Of a DNA stretch of 64,000 bases, positions 22,945 through 33,257 are shown piece after piece. Source of the stretch: an uncultured Chloroflexia bacterium. GTDB lineage: Bacteria; Chloroflexota; Anaerolineae; CG2-30-64-16. The notes under the pieces were generated by a model, which was not told the DNA's origin, made no database searches, and saw only the letters and a program-made list of their open reading frames with translations. The stretch covers positions 160,001 to 224,000 of the forward strand of contig CAVZDU010000003.1 in NCBI GenBank assembly GCA_963774265.1, given 5' to 3'. The translations under genes were made by a program, and so were the position numbers. How positions within the stretch are numbered: the first letter of the stretch is position 1; each line of letters opens with the position of its first letter.

Positions 22945-23860
22945 GTTACTCCCCAGGCTGTTCGTCTGCAGAAGCCTCTGCTCCGCCAATCGACAATACT
23001 CTTCCGACACGTCATACCCCACATATCGCCGCCCGGTCATCACCGCGGCCACCGCCGTCGACCCCGAACCCATGAACGGGTCCAGCACGACGTCGCCCGG
23101 CTTCGTGTAGAGCAGCATCAGCCGGCGGGGCAGCTCCTCAGGGAAGGGCGCAGGATGCTCCACGCTCGTTTCCGTGGTCATCTCCCAGACGGTCTCGCCC
23201 TGCTCCGGCAGACTGGCCCCACACCGACCGGGCGATGGATTCGGCAATCCAGGCGTCATCCTTGTCGCGGCGCCGGGCATCGGCCAGCTTGGCAAGGATC
23301 TTGCGCTCCAGTTCCTTGAGCTTCTCCTCTGGCCGCCAGATGCTGCGTGTCCACGCCACAAACTCGTTGCCCGTGATGCCGGTGAGTCCGCGGCTATCCA
23401 GCCGGAGTTGATCCTTACTCCAAATCGTGATGTATTCGTGAACGTCGCGCAGAGTGGGGTTGCTCGACTGCCGGAAGCTACCCCAGGCTGTGCTGATCCC
23501 CGCGGAGGCCCCTTTGTGCCAGATGATGTGCCCCCGGTGCAGCCATGTGCACTCGCTCGTGCGCAACTGCTCGTCGATCAGGCTCACCAGCGACAGGTAC
23601 GGCTTGCGGTCCGTGTTCGCGACGTTGACGCACAGCCGCCCGCCCGGCGCCAGCACCCGATGGCATTCCCGCCACACCGCATCGAGCATAGCCAGGTACT
23701 CGTCCAGGCTCAGGCTGTCGTTGTGGTCGGTGTAGTCCTTGGCGACATTGTACGGCGGCGAAGTAACCACAAGTTGCACGGCGCGGTCGGGCACGGCACG
23801 CATGTCACGTGCATCCGCACAGAAAATCCGATCCAACCAGGGCTGCTCTTCCGAATTCAC
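22945..23860 (-). CDS. Beta-class amino (probably N4-cytosine) DNA methyltransferase, orphan; frameshift near 23205, 3' end uncertain
   Basis: Motif IV 'VTSPPYN' precedes '[12 protein letters not shown]' and motif I '[11 protein letters not shown]'. Confidence 0.88.
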
Positions 23861-23878
23861 GTGTTCTCCGACAAGACC

Positions 23879-24971
23879 CTAAACCCCCGAGGTCTCAGAG
23901 ACCTCGGAGATTTGTGTGCGCCGCCGCGCTTCGGCCGCCTCAACTGCCCGTCGCAAACTCATCTCAAATGGCGGGTAGCAGACGCCCTCTTCCGTGATGA
24001 TCCCGGTGAGATAGCGGTGGGGCGTCACGTCGAAGGCCGGGTTGTAGACCGGCACGTTGTCCGGTGCGATCTGCTCGCTGCCCACCTTCGCCACTTCCTC
24101 CCAGCCCCGCTCCTCGATGGGGATCAGGTCGCCGTGCGCCAGGCTGAGGTCGATCGTCGGCGTGGGCACGACGGAGTAGCATGGGATGCCGTTCTCCTTC
24201 GCCAAGACCGCCAACTTGTACGAGCCGATCTTATTTGCCACGTCGCCGTTGGCCGCTACCCGGTCCGCGCCGTACAGCACCACCTGCACCCGGCCCAACC
24301 GCATCAACATGCCCGCGGCATTGTCTGCAATCAGGGTTATGGGGATGTTGTCCTGCATGAGCTCCCACGCGGTCAGCCGCGCGCCTTGCAGCCGGGGCCG
24401 CGTCTCGTCGGCCCACACGTGTATGTTTTTGCCCTGGGCGTGGGCCGACCGCACCACGCCGAGCGTCGTGCCATAGTCTACGGTTGCCAGCGAGCCTGCG
24501 TTGCAGTGGGTGAGGATATTCGCCGCCCTGCGGGATGATCTCCGCACCGAACGCGCCCATGCGCCGGTTGATCTCCACATCCTCGTCCGCGATGCGCTGC
24601 GCCTCGGCCACGATGGCGGAGCGGATGTCGTCGACGTTGGGCAGCACGAGATGGCCCGCATAGTCCATGACCCGGCTCGTCGCCCAGCTCAGGTTCACCG
24701 CGGTCGGCCGAGCCGCGTCAAGCGCCTGCTTCGCGTGCCTCAGGTCGCTGAGCAATCCGTCGCGGTCCATCGCCGGGCTGCGGAGGGCTGCCAGCGCCAT
24801 CCCGAAACCGCCGGCTGCGCCGATCGCCGGCGCGCCGCGCACGACCATGTCGGTGATGGCGGCAGCCACATCACGGTGGTCGTCGTAGGTCAGGATTTTG
24901 TATTCCAGCGGCAGGATCCGCTGGTCGATCATCTTGAGCTGATTATCTTCCCACCACAGGGTGCGAGGCAT
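23879..24971 (-). CDS. mtnA: S-methyl-5-thioribose-1-phosphate isomerase (frameshift near 24525)
   Basis: 'IDQR.LP', 'VRGAPAIG', 'RPTAVNL', '[11 protein letters not shown]', 'ETRPRLQG', 'NPAFDVTP'. Confidence 0.95.
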
Positions 24972-24987
24972 AAGGCGCGCTCTCCGG

Positions 24988-25017
24988 AAAATAAAAATGC
25001 CCTCCGAGAGGAGGGCA
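24988..25017 (-). terminator. Expression-platform terminator of the SAM riboswitch
   Basis: Minus strand TGCCCTCC-tctc-GGAGGGCA then TTTTTATTTT. Confidence 0.85.
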
Positions 25018-25046
25018 CATAAGCATGGCAGAGCTGAGGCCGACCT

Positions 25047-25245
25047 CTCATCTTCCAGACGCTTCACGGCGGTCGCAGACCGGCGGAATACGCTGACGGA
25101 ATTGGCACCTGCCGGGACGTCCCGACCGAGGCTCCGCCGCCCTCACACAGCTTTCGCTGTGCGCGTGCGTCGCAACCGGTCTCCGGGGCTCCAGGTGGTT
25201 GCCGGGGGTTCACAGGGCCGATCCCTCCCCCCCTCTGGATGAGTT
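25047..25245 (-). ncRNA. SAM-I (S-box) riboswitch
   Basis: Minus strand CTCATCCAGAG..GAGGGATCGGCCCTGTGAA..CGGCAACC...GGTGCCAATTCC..CAG...CTGGAAGATGAG, upstream of mtnA-ahcY-metK. Confidence 0.95.
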
Positions 25246-25295
25246 GTCCAGGTTTAGTTTGTCAAATGGACCACTAGCGGGTCACACGAAATGCA

Positions 25296-25324
25296 ACTTT
25301 AGCACAGAAGGGGCGGAGTGTCAA
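25296..25324 (-). promoter_or_regulatory. Sigma70 promoter for the SAM-riboswitch operon
   Basis: Minus strand TTGACA-17 nt-TAAAGT with TG extension. Confidence 0.7.
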
Positions 25325-25473
25325 AGTTGCCGGGTAGATTTCTTGTCACGGTCATCGTGCCGCTTAGATAAGTTGACGAATTGTGATTGTGCGTACATGG
25401 TGACTTGTAATACTTCATGAAATGCCTATTCGCAGTATGTTGGTTCCACGTTAATCTTCAAGGAGGTATTCCT

Positions 25474-26085
25474 GTGGCTGACATGAGTCGCGTTCAACAA
25501 CGAAACCGCGCGCAGTTCGATGACCCACCATTTGCGAAGGCACTTTTCAACGACACGAGATGGTCCTGGCTCTGGTTGCTCTTGCGCCTGTACCTGGGCT
25601 ACACCTGGCTGACCTCGGGCCTGGGCAAACTGCGCAATCCGGCCTGGGTGCAGACCGGCGACGCGCTGAAGGGATTCTGGACAAATGCTGTGGCCGTTCC
25701 AGCGCCGCCCGCGTGGCCTGCGATCGTTTTTGAATGGTACCGGTCCTTCCTTCAGGCGCTGCTCAACGGCGGCACCTACATGTGGTTCGCCAAATTGGTG
25801 ACCGCGGCAGAGCTCTTGATCGGTGTTGCACTGATCCTGGGTATTTTCACGGGCATTGCGGCTTTCTTCGGAGGCTTCATGAACTGGAACTTTATGCTGG
25901 CCGGCTCAGCCAGCACCAATCCACTGTTGTTCCTCTTCGCGGTGTTGCTCATTCTGGCTTGGAAGACGGCTGGATGGTGGGGCCTGGATCGCTGGGTGCT
26001 GCCTCTGGTGGGCACCCCCTGGAGTCCAGGCACGATCTTCGATCGGGAGTCGGCGGCAGAGGCTCACCAACGGGTCTCCAGCTAG
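25474..26085 (+). CDS. DoxX/DoxD-family membrane protein (TQO small subunit-like)
   Basis: AAGGAGG RBS and GTG; 'RLYLGY.WL.SG..K', 'ELLIG.ALILG', 'FMNWNFMLAGSASTNP', 'AGWWGLDRW'. Confidence 0.85.
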   Translation: MADMSRVQQRNRAQFDDPPFAKALFNDTRWSWLWLLLRLYLGYTWLTSGLGKLRNPAWVQTGDALKGFWTNAVAVPAPPAWPAIVFEWYRSFLQALLNGGTYMWFAKLVTAAELLIGVALILGIFTGIAAFFGGFMNWNFMLAGSASTNPLLFLFAVLLILAWKTAGWWGLDRWVLPLVGTPWSPGTIFDRESAAEAHQRVSS

Positions 26086-26519
26086 CCGCTACAGGTTCCA
26101 GCATCGTAGAGGAGCTGTCTGGCTAACCAGGCAGCTCCTCCCGCGTCAACCTCTTCCGGGACGTCGTTTGCCGTCCAGCTCCTCTTTCGTATACCGACAG
26201 AATCAAATCTCATAGACTAAGTCGACATTATCTTACAGTTCTTTTGGATATGGTCAGTATACTATGTCTTGACATTTCCTCGAAATGGTGATAACATGTA
26301 CTAACATGCCTTGAAGTAGAAACTGCACTTGCGACTGTCGAAAGGGCCTGGAACGACCTCGAACGGCCCGGCGCCCGGCAAAGCGAAGATGGCTGGCTCG
26401 AGTTCGTGTTGGCGGTAGGCCGACACTGGCAGAAAGGAGGTGACGCCGAAAACGGAATTCCTGAAGCTTGGCGTTGAAGTTGTCCCCTATTCGCCTGGCA
26501 TTCCGAAGGAGGAACCACC

Positions 26520-27691
26520 ATGCGCAGACGAAGCATCCTCGCACTGGCGCTCACGGCGGCAGCTGTCTTGCTGTTGATTGTCGCGGGCGCTTCCGCTCAA
26601 GGCGGCCTGACTGACCAGGAAAGGTTGGGCGAGGCCCTGTTCTTCGACGAGAACCTATCCCTCAACGGCAACCAATCGTGCGCCACCTGTCACGCGCCGG
26701 AGGTGGGCTGGACCGGCCCCCATGCCGACATCAACGCTCATGGGGCGGTCTACGAAGGCTCCATCCCGGGCGCCTTCGGCAACCGCAAGCCGCCTGCTTC
26801 CGCCTATGCCGGCGACAGCCCGGTGCTTCATCAAGACGCTGACGGGCTTTGGGTGGGCGGCATGTTCTGGGACGGCCGGGCCACAGGCTGGACTCTCGGC
26901 GATCCGCTGGCCGAACAGGCCCAGGGCCCCTTCCTGAATCCGAAGGAGCAAGCGCTTTCGGGCCGCCGCAAGCCGTGATCGAGATCGCCAAGGCATCGGA
27001 CGTGTATGCGGATCTGTTTGACGCTCAGTGCGACCCCGAGGACACAGCCACCACCGAAGCAATCTACAACTGCATCGGCTACTCAATCGCCGCCTACGAG
27101 CGCTCTTCCGAGGTCAGCCCGTTCACGTCCAAGTACGACTACTGGCTGAAGGGCCAGGCCAAGCTGACTGACCAGGAGTTGTGGGGCCTCGAGCTGTTCA
27201 ACGGCAAGGCCATGTGCTCCGCCTGCCACCTCAGCGAGGGCCCGCGCCCGCTGTTCACCGACTTCACCTACGACAACCTGGGCATCCCGAAGAACCCGGA
27301 GAACCCAGCCACCATCGCAAACCCACTCTGGGCGGATCCGGGACTGGGAGGTTTTCTCAAGAGCCTGAACGACTCGGAGATAGATTGGGAGGCAGAGTTG
27401 GGCAAGCACAAGGTGCCGACTCTGCGCAACGTGGATCTGCGCCCCTACAAGAAGTTTGTGAAGGCGTACGGTCACAACGGCTACTTCAAGAGCCTGTTGG
27501 AGATCGTCCACTTCTACAACACGAGGGATGTTCCCCGTGAGGGCTGGCCGGCTCCCGAAGTGCCGCAGACCATTAATACCGATGAGCTTGGCAACCTGGG
27601 CCTCACCCGCGGCGAGGAGAACGCCATCGTGGCGTTCATGAAGACCCTCTCCGACGGCTACATGCCTCCGGGCAGGTGGGGCCAGAAGTAA
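26520..27691 (+). CDS. Di-haem cytochrome c peroxidase (bCcP/MauG family), secreted; frameshift near 26960
   Basis: Signal peptide, 'LG..LFFD.NLS', CATCH, 'FWDGRA', CSACH, 'KVPTLRNV', 'YGHNG'. Confidence 0.9.
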
Positions 27692-27959
27692 AATGGCGAT
27701 CCACTGACGGGTTTCGGTGGCCGCGCCTCAGGGAACGAGGCGCTGCCACCCTAACCGCTAAGTTGGGCAGCCTCCAAAAGTAGAGGCCCGGTTTCCGCAA
27801 GGGAATCGGACCTCTCGTCGTGTGTCTCGGCGCCGTCAGTAGTCAGTATTCTGCCTACTCCTTATCAGCGGCGTGTAACCGGGATTTAACGATGGGGGTG
27901 AAAAGCAGCTAACGCCCCGAAGTCGAAATGTGCGCACCCGGCGACGACTTGGGCTTAAG

Positions 27960-29262
27960 CAGGGTGATTTCATAGTGCGGGTGCGCCGAATAAATGCAGG
28001 GCGCGTTGCGGATGGGCTGCGTAGCAACGGGTGGCGGCTGCGAGATTGCTCCAGCCGTGAAAGCGCAATGTGGACACGACGGCGTTACGGATGGCCGCCA
28101 GGGCTTGGGCTGCGGCGCCGGAATGCACTTGACAGCGGTCTTCACCGAACGTTTCGTCGCGGACATAGTGTAAGCGATTCTCGATGGTCCAGTGGCCCCG
28201 CCAGATCTGCTCCAACTGAGGCGGGCCCGCCAAAGTGGCCGGCAAACTGGTCAACCCATAAGTGACCTCGGTTTCGTATTTGCCGGTGCGCTCGTGAATG
28301 CGCCGGCACGTGCGCCGCATCACTTGTGCCACGCCAGGCCACGTGAGGTATTCATTCAGGGCCGTGGTCGTGACCAGTGTCCGCCGTTCCCAGCGCCCAT
28401 GCGCCTTGTCGGTCGTACGGTTGGACGCACGCTCACCCGGCTGGCGTGGTAGGGGTGGTTCGTCGAAGACCAACTGGGCGGCCCAGTAGAGCGTCGGCTG
28501 ATTCTTCTTGAGGATCATCAGGTAGTGGCCCCCCTGATCCAGGATTTGTTGGGCGAGGTGGCGCTGCGTCAGCAGGGCATCCATCGTGGTGATGGTGCCG
28601 GTCAGATCGCGACCGGCCAACAAGATCGGAACGGCCGTGATCTCATTGGTTTTGACATCCACGGCCGCTTGGCCCAGGACATAGGCGCTCTCATGGCGCA
28701 CGAGACTGACCAGAAAGGTATGCTGCCCGTGGGCGCTGGCCCCGCGCGACATCCTTGCCGTCGACCGCCTGGGCGCGCAGCACCTGACCCTGGCGTAGCC
28801 GAATGGCGCCGCAGGAGACATCCGCCTGATCGAGCGCCTGATGGTACGCCGCCACTTGCTGCTCCAGGGTGCGCATGTCGATGTAGGCCACCAACCGCCG
28901 CCAGGTCGCCGCACTGGGAATGCGGGGACAGGCCGGCTGCAGGGTGGTCAGCAGCTCGCTGCGATGGTCGTGCGCCCAACAAACCATCGCCAGCACGCTC
29001 GTTTGGCCGGCGGCCACTGCCGCCGCCAGCAACGCCAACAGATACGCCCAGGCAAAGCGGCGGCCGCGGGTACCGCGAAAGTCCGGAACTTGGCTCAGGT
29101 AGGCCAGCAAGGTAGACTGCAGTGGATCCATCGGGACGAACCTCCTTGTGATTGCTGTCACTGAGATTCTAACCGCTGGATCCTTGCCTGGCCCACGTGT
29201 GGATGCCGAATTGCCACAAGCGCTGCTACCTGCCGCCTCGGCCGCAACATGACTTCGCCCTG
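27960..29262 (-). mobile_element. ISAs1-family insertion sequence
   Basis: IRs CAGGGTGATTTCAT / ATGACTTCGCCCTG; 9-bp target duplication GGGCTTAAG at 27951-27959 and 29263-29271. Confidence 0.9.
27970..29131 (-). CDS. ISAs1-family transposase (frameshift near 28745)
   Basis: 'VPDFR..RGRR', 'AVDGK', 'KTNEI', 'TMDALLTQ', 'LKKNQ', 'HGR.E.R', 'RGHWTIENRLHYVRD.TF.ED'. Confidence 0.9.
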
Positions 29263-29390
29263 GGGCTTAAGTGCGACCCATTGACGCCTCCCTCCACCGG
29301 CGCGATAATGTGCGCACCTGATCCACCCGCCGCATATCGCTGCCGGCATCGTCTCCCTCGCGGCCACGTTCATCCCGAAGGAGGCGCTCC

Positions 29391-31592
29391 ATGGGACGCA
29401 AGTGCACCTTCATCGTGTTGATGGTTCTGGTGCTGACCGCTGCCGTCATGCTCAGCGGAGCAGGCGCCAGCGCACCTTTCCGAGCCGACCCGGCCGGACC
29501 GGTGCAGGACTATGTTTCCGCACTATCGGCAGGTGATCCTCAACTTCTCGACCTGGATTTCGGCGACGCTCCCGACTCGCCGGCGAGTCCCCGCTACCCC
29601 ACGCTAAACGCCAACATCGGCGCGCGTCACGGGATCGTTCAAGGCTTTATGCTGGGCGCGGCGATCGATGCGGATCCCGACGGCCAGCCGGATGCCAACG
29701 CGGCGGGGGACGATAGCGACCTGGAAGGCGACGACGAGGACGGCGTGACGATCCTCAACCTGCTCATGCCGGGCCAGCAGGCGTGCGTGGATGTCTACCT
29801 CACCAACACGACCTCGCCACCGCTCACCGCGCTTCTCTATGCCTGGGTCGACTTCGACAACGACGGCGCCTGGGATGATTCGACGACCTCTGCGGAACGG
29901 ATCTTCAGCGGCAACGTTCTGAGCGCGGGCAGCAACAACCTCTGCTTCGCGGTGTCCACAGCCGCCACACCAGGCCCCACCTACGCCCGCTTCCGCCTGG
30001 GCAGCTCGGGCGGTATTCCGCCCCAGGGTTGGTTGGGCGACGGCGAGGTCGAGGACTATGAGGTGCGCATCGAGGCGGTCAAGTGGGCGCAGCCGCCAGT
30101 CCTGAACCCCGAGTCTCAACATCCTGGCTGCTACTGGGGCTGGGACGAGCAGTCGGTCTACGGCGTCAAGCCGATCGTCGCGGACGACTGGCCGTGCACG
30201 GACGACCGGCCCGTGACCGACATTCACTGGTGGGGCTCGTATATCGGGTGGGAAAAAGGAATCCCGCCGTCGGACCAGGCGCCTGACAAGTTCCACATCG
30301 GCATCTGGACCGACCAGCCGGTGGACGAGCAACACCCCTTCAGCCACCCCTTGGCAATGGTCTGGCAATACGTTGTCACGCGCGCGGAGCTGGGCGAGCG
30401 CCTGGCCGGGTGTGACTATCACCCGGGGATGATGCAGGAGCCCGACAGCTGCTTCGAGTATCACCTGAGCCTGCCCCAGGAAGCGTGGTTCCACCAGAAG
30501 CCGGGCGAGAACAAGGCCTATTGGCTCAGCATTGCGGCTCAGTACCCCCAGGGGATGCAGCCGGAGAACCCTTGGGGCTGGAAGACACGGCCGCATTACT
30601 TCAACGACGATGCGGTCCGCATCGTCGCGCCGCTCAGGCCGGAGCCCGGCTCAACATGGGAGGATGGCGGGCCGATCACGCTCGACCTGGTGAGTTGGGA
30701 CCTGGCGTTCGTGCTGACGACCGAGCCATACGATTTCGGCGACGCGCCGGATCCGAGTTACCCCACGCTGCTGGCCAGCAACGGCGCGCGCCACGTCCGG
30801 ACAGCGGGCGGGCCGTTTATGGGTCGCTTTGTCGACGCGGAGCCGGACGGCCAGCCCGACGCGGCAGCGACCGGCGACGACAGCAACGGGCTTCCCGACG
30901 AGGATGGCGTGTTCTTCTACTCGCGGCTCGTGCCCGGCCAGGATGCGAACATTGCAGTTTCCCTGGCGCACTCACCCGTCGGCTGCTACTTGACTGCCTG
31001 GATTGACTATAACCGCGACGGTGGCTGGGACAACTCGGCCACATCCGTGGAGCGGATCGTCACCGATGTCCCCGTCAGCGCCGGTCCCGCTCCCCAGATA
31101 TTGCCGACCTTCAAGGTTCCCCCTTATCCGACCAGCGCGATTGGGCTGAGCACCGCCCGCTTCCGCTGCAGCAGTGTAAAGGGCCTGGGCCCGGTCGGCC
31201 CCGCGCCCGACGGCGAGGTGGAGGATTACCGCGTGCAGATCATGGCGCCGCCCGCGGGGCCCGACGTGTCGATCGCCATCGTGAATACCGATGATATCCG
31301 GTTGTCCTGGCCTCAGGTGACAGACATTTACGGAACGAGCATCATCGTGAAGCGCTATTGGATCTACCGCGCAACCCACCCCTACGACGTCGCTCTGCCG
31401 TCCGTGGATGAAATATCGTGGCCGGCCGGCGACGTCACCTGGGATGACGCGAACAAGGTGGGGAATCCGGCGGAAAACTACTTCTACACGGTGGATGCGA
31501 CGCAAGCTGATCTGAATGGTTTCGAGATCTACTCCGCGCGGTCGAACGAGGTGGGGGAGTTCGACTTTGCGTTGGTGCCGGGTGGGTCGTAG
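29391..31592 (+). CDS. Secreted acidic protein with two GEVED-type domains
   Basis: Signal peptide; two 'DFGDAP..YPTL...GARH...D.E.DG' units ending 'RFR...DGEVEDY'; promoter TTGACG-17-GATAAT at 29281-29309. Confidence 0.85.
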   Translation: MGRKCTFIVLMVLVLTAAVMLSGAGASAPFRADPAGPVQDYVSALSAGDPQLLDLDFGDAPDSPASPRYPTLNANIGARHGIVQGFMLGAAIDADPDGQPDANAAGDDSDLEGDDEDGVTILNLLMPGQQACVDVYLTNTTSPPLTALLYAWVDFDNDGAWDDSTTSAERIFSGNVLSAGSNNLCFAVSTAATPGPTYARFRLGSSGGIPPQGWLGDGEVEDYEVRIEAVKWAQPPVLNPESQHPGCYWGWDEQSVYGVKPIVADDWPCTDDRPVTDIHWWGSYIGWEKGIPPSDQAPDKFHIGIWTDQPVDEQHPFSHPLAMVWQYVVTRAELGERLAGCDYHPGMMQEPDSCFEYHLSLPQEAWFHQKPGENKAYWLSIAAQYPQGMQPENPWGWKTRPHYFNDDAVRIVAPLRPEPGSTWEDGGPITLDLVSWDLAFVLTTEPYDFGDAPDPSYPTLLASNGARHVRTAGGPFMGRFVDAEPDGQPDAAATGDDSNGLPDEDGVFFYSRLVPGQDANIAVSLAHSPVGCYLTAWIDYNRDGGWDNSATSVERIVTDVPVSAGPAPQILPTFKVPPYPTSAIGLSTARFRCSSVKGLGPVGPAPDGEVEDYRVQIMAPPAGPDVSIAIVNTDDIRLSWPQVTDIYGTSIIVKRYWIYRATHPYDVALPSVDEISWPAGDVTWDDANKVGNPAENYFYTVDATQADLNGFEIYSARSNEVGEFDFALVPGGS

Positions 31593-31726
31593 ACAGGGAG
31601 TAGTCACGCAGGGGAGCACGACGAAAGCTCCTCCTCCGTGTTCTTTTCGGGTGCGTTTCAGTTTGCCCCACACTGAGACGCACCCGCCGCGGTTGACACC
31701 GCGAAGATCGCGGAGGTCAGGGACGA

Positions 31727-32533
31727 TTATCCCGAGTTGATCCGCAGCCAGGCGTACATCAGCACGCCGCCCGCCACCGACACATTCAACGACTCAGCCT
31801 TGCCTCGCATCGGCAGGCTGACCCACCGCGCGATGTGCGGCGTGACGTCGTCGGATAGCCCGCGCGCCTCGTTGCCCAACACCAGCGCACACGGCCCGCG
31901 CAACGCGGTCTCGCCCCACGGCTCGGGGGCGTGTTCGCTCGCGCCGACGAGCGCCAGCCCCTGGCCGGCCAGGTGGCGCAGCGCGACAGGGAGGTCCGCC
32001 GCGAGGACCACCGGCAAGTTGAACAGCGATCCCATGCTGGCGCGGATCGTCTTCGGGTCAAAGGGGTCCACGGCCGGTTCCAGGATCACCACCCCCGCCG
32101 CGCCCACCGCGTCCGCGGTTCGGATCAGCCCGCCGAGGTTTCCGGGATCCTGGGGTCGGTCCAGCACCAAGACCAGGCGGTTTCCCGTTTGCGGGAGCGC
32201 AGACAAGGACGTGTTAAAGGTTTGGAATGTTGCCACAATCCCCTGCGGCCCGTCGCGATCCGACAGCGCAGCCATCACCCCCGCGGTGACCTGGTGCAGA
32301 TGCGCGCCTGCCGCCATGAACCGCTCGATGAGCGCCGGCGCCTGGGGTCCGCCGAACTGCTCGGGACAAAAGAAAACCGGCCCCGCGCTGAGGCCGGCGT
32401 CCAGGGCCATGTGCAGCAACTGCAGCCCCTCGATCAGGAACAGCCCCTGCTCCTCCCGGTGCTTCCGCTGCCGCAGCTTCCGCGCCTCGACGATGTGGCG
32501 GTTGGCCGTTGTGGTGATGGCGGGTGTGGTCAT
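31727..32533 (-). CDS. TrmH/SpoU family RNA methyltransferase
   Basis: 'QDPGNLG..IRTADA', 'RASMGS', 'LGNEARG', 'ESLNVSVA'. Confidence 0.93.
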   Translation of the reverse strand: MTTPAITTTANRHIVEARKLRQRKHREEQGLFLIEGLQLLHMALDAGLSAGPVFFCPEQFGGPQAPALIERFMAAGAHLHQVTAGVMAALSDRDGPQGIVATFQTFNTSLSALPQTGNRLVLVLDRPQDPGNLGGLIRTADAVGAAGVVILEPAVDPFDPKTIRASMGSLFNLPVVLAADLPVALRHLAGQGLALVGASEHAPEPWGETALRGPCALVLGNEARGLSDDVTPHIARWVSLPMRGKAESLNVSVAGGVLMYAWLRINSG

Positions 32534-32568
32534 TTGGGATTCCAGGATTTCTGTCGTGCCCGCGATAG

Positions 32569-32674
32569 GTAGAGACGTTGCATGCAACGTCTCTACGGAC
32601 TGCCGCGCTGCAACGTCTCTACGGACTGCCGCGCTGCAACGTCTCTACGGACCGCCGCGCTGCAACATCTCTAC
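32569..32674. repeat. GTAG-type REP palindrome with tandem 26-bp amplification of its right arm
   Basis: GTAGAGACGTTGCATGCAACGTCTCTAC (32569-32596) plus about 3.5 copies of tgcaacgtctctacggactgccgcgc. Confidence 0.9.
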
Positions 32675-32681
32675 AATATGC

Positions 32682-33257
32682 CTACGATCCGAACGACGAG
32701 AGCGCGCGGCGCAGCCGTTCCTCCACATCGGTCAGATCCCGCGGCAGCCCCTGCACGGCGCGCTGTGCCTCGACGATGCTGTAGCCCAGCGCGGTGAGCG
32801 CGTCGATCACCGCCGCGTCCGCCTCGGTCAGCGCGGCCAGCCCCTCGGCGATCTCCACCTCGCCCATCTTGTCCTTCAGCTCCAGCACGATCTTCTGCGC
32901 GGTCTTCTTGCCGATGCCGGGCACGCGCGCCAGGACCTCCGGCTGCTCCTGGCCGATCGCGAGGCGCAGCGCATCGGGGGCCATGTTGGAAAGGAGCGCA
33001 GCGCCAGCTTCGGCCCCACGCCCGGCACCGTGATGAACTTCTGGAAGAGGTCGAGCTCGTCCTCAGTCGCAAAGCCGATGAGGCTGAGCTCATCCTCGCG
33101 CACGACCAGGTGGGTGTGCAGAAGGATCGGTTCGCCCGGCCGGCCGCGGCCAGCAGCGGGCTGCGGTCACGAGCACCCGCAACCCCACGCCGCCGACCAT
33201 CACGATCAAGCTGTCGTTCGATTTGGCGTATATGACGCCTTCAAGGATAGAAATCAT
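32682..33257 (-). CDS. ruvA: Holliday junction branch migration protein RuvA (apparent frameshifts)
   Basis: 'VGGVG', 'VREDEL.L.GF', 'VPGVGPKLAL', 'VPGIGKKTAQKIVLELKDK', 'AL.ALGY'. Confidence 0.93.

Noticed and set aside
26335-26400. c-di-GMP-I riboswitch upstream of the peroxidase
   Set aside because: GAAA and GCAAAG fragments are present, but I could not build the required P1/P2 architecture.
32569-32674. Possible CRISPR array
   Set aside because: Units are 26-bp tandem copies with near-identical 10-nt spacers, and there are no cas genes in the window.
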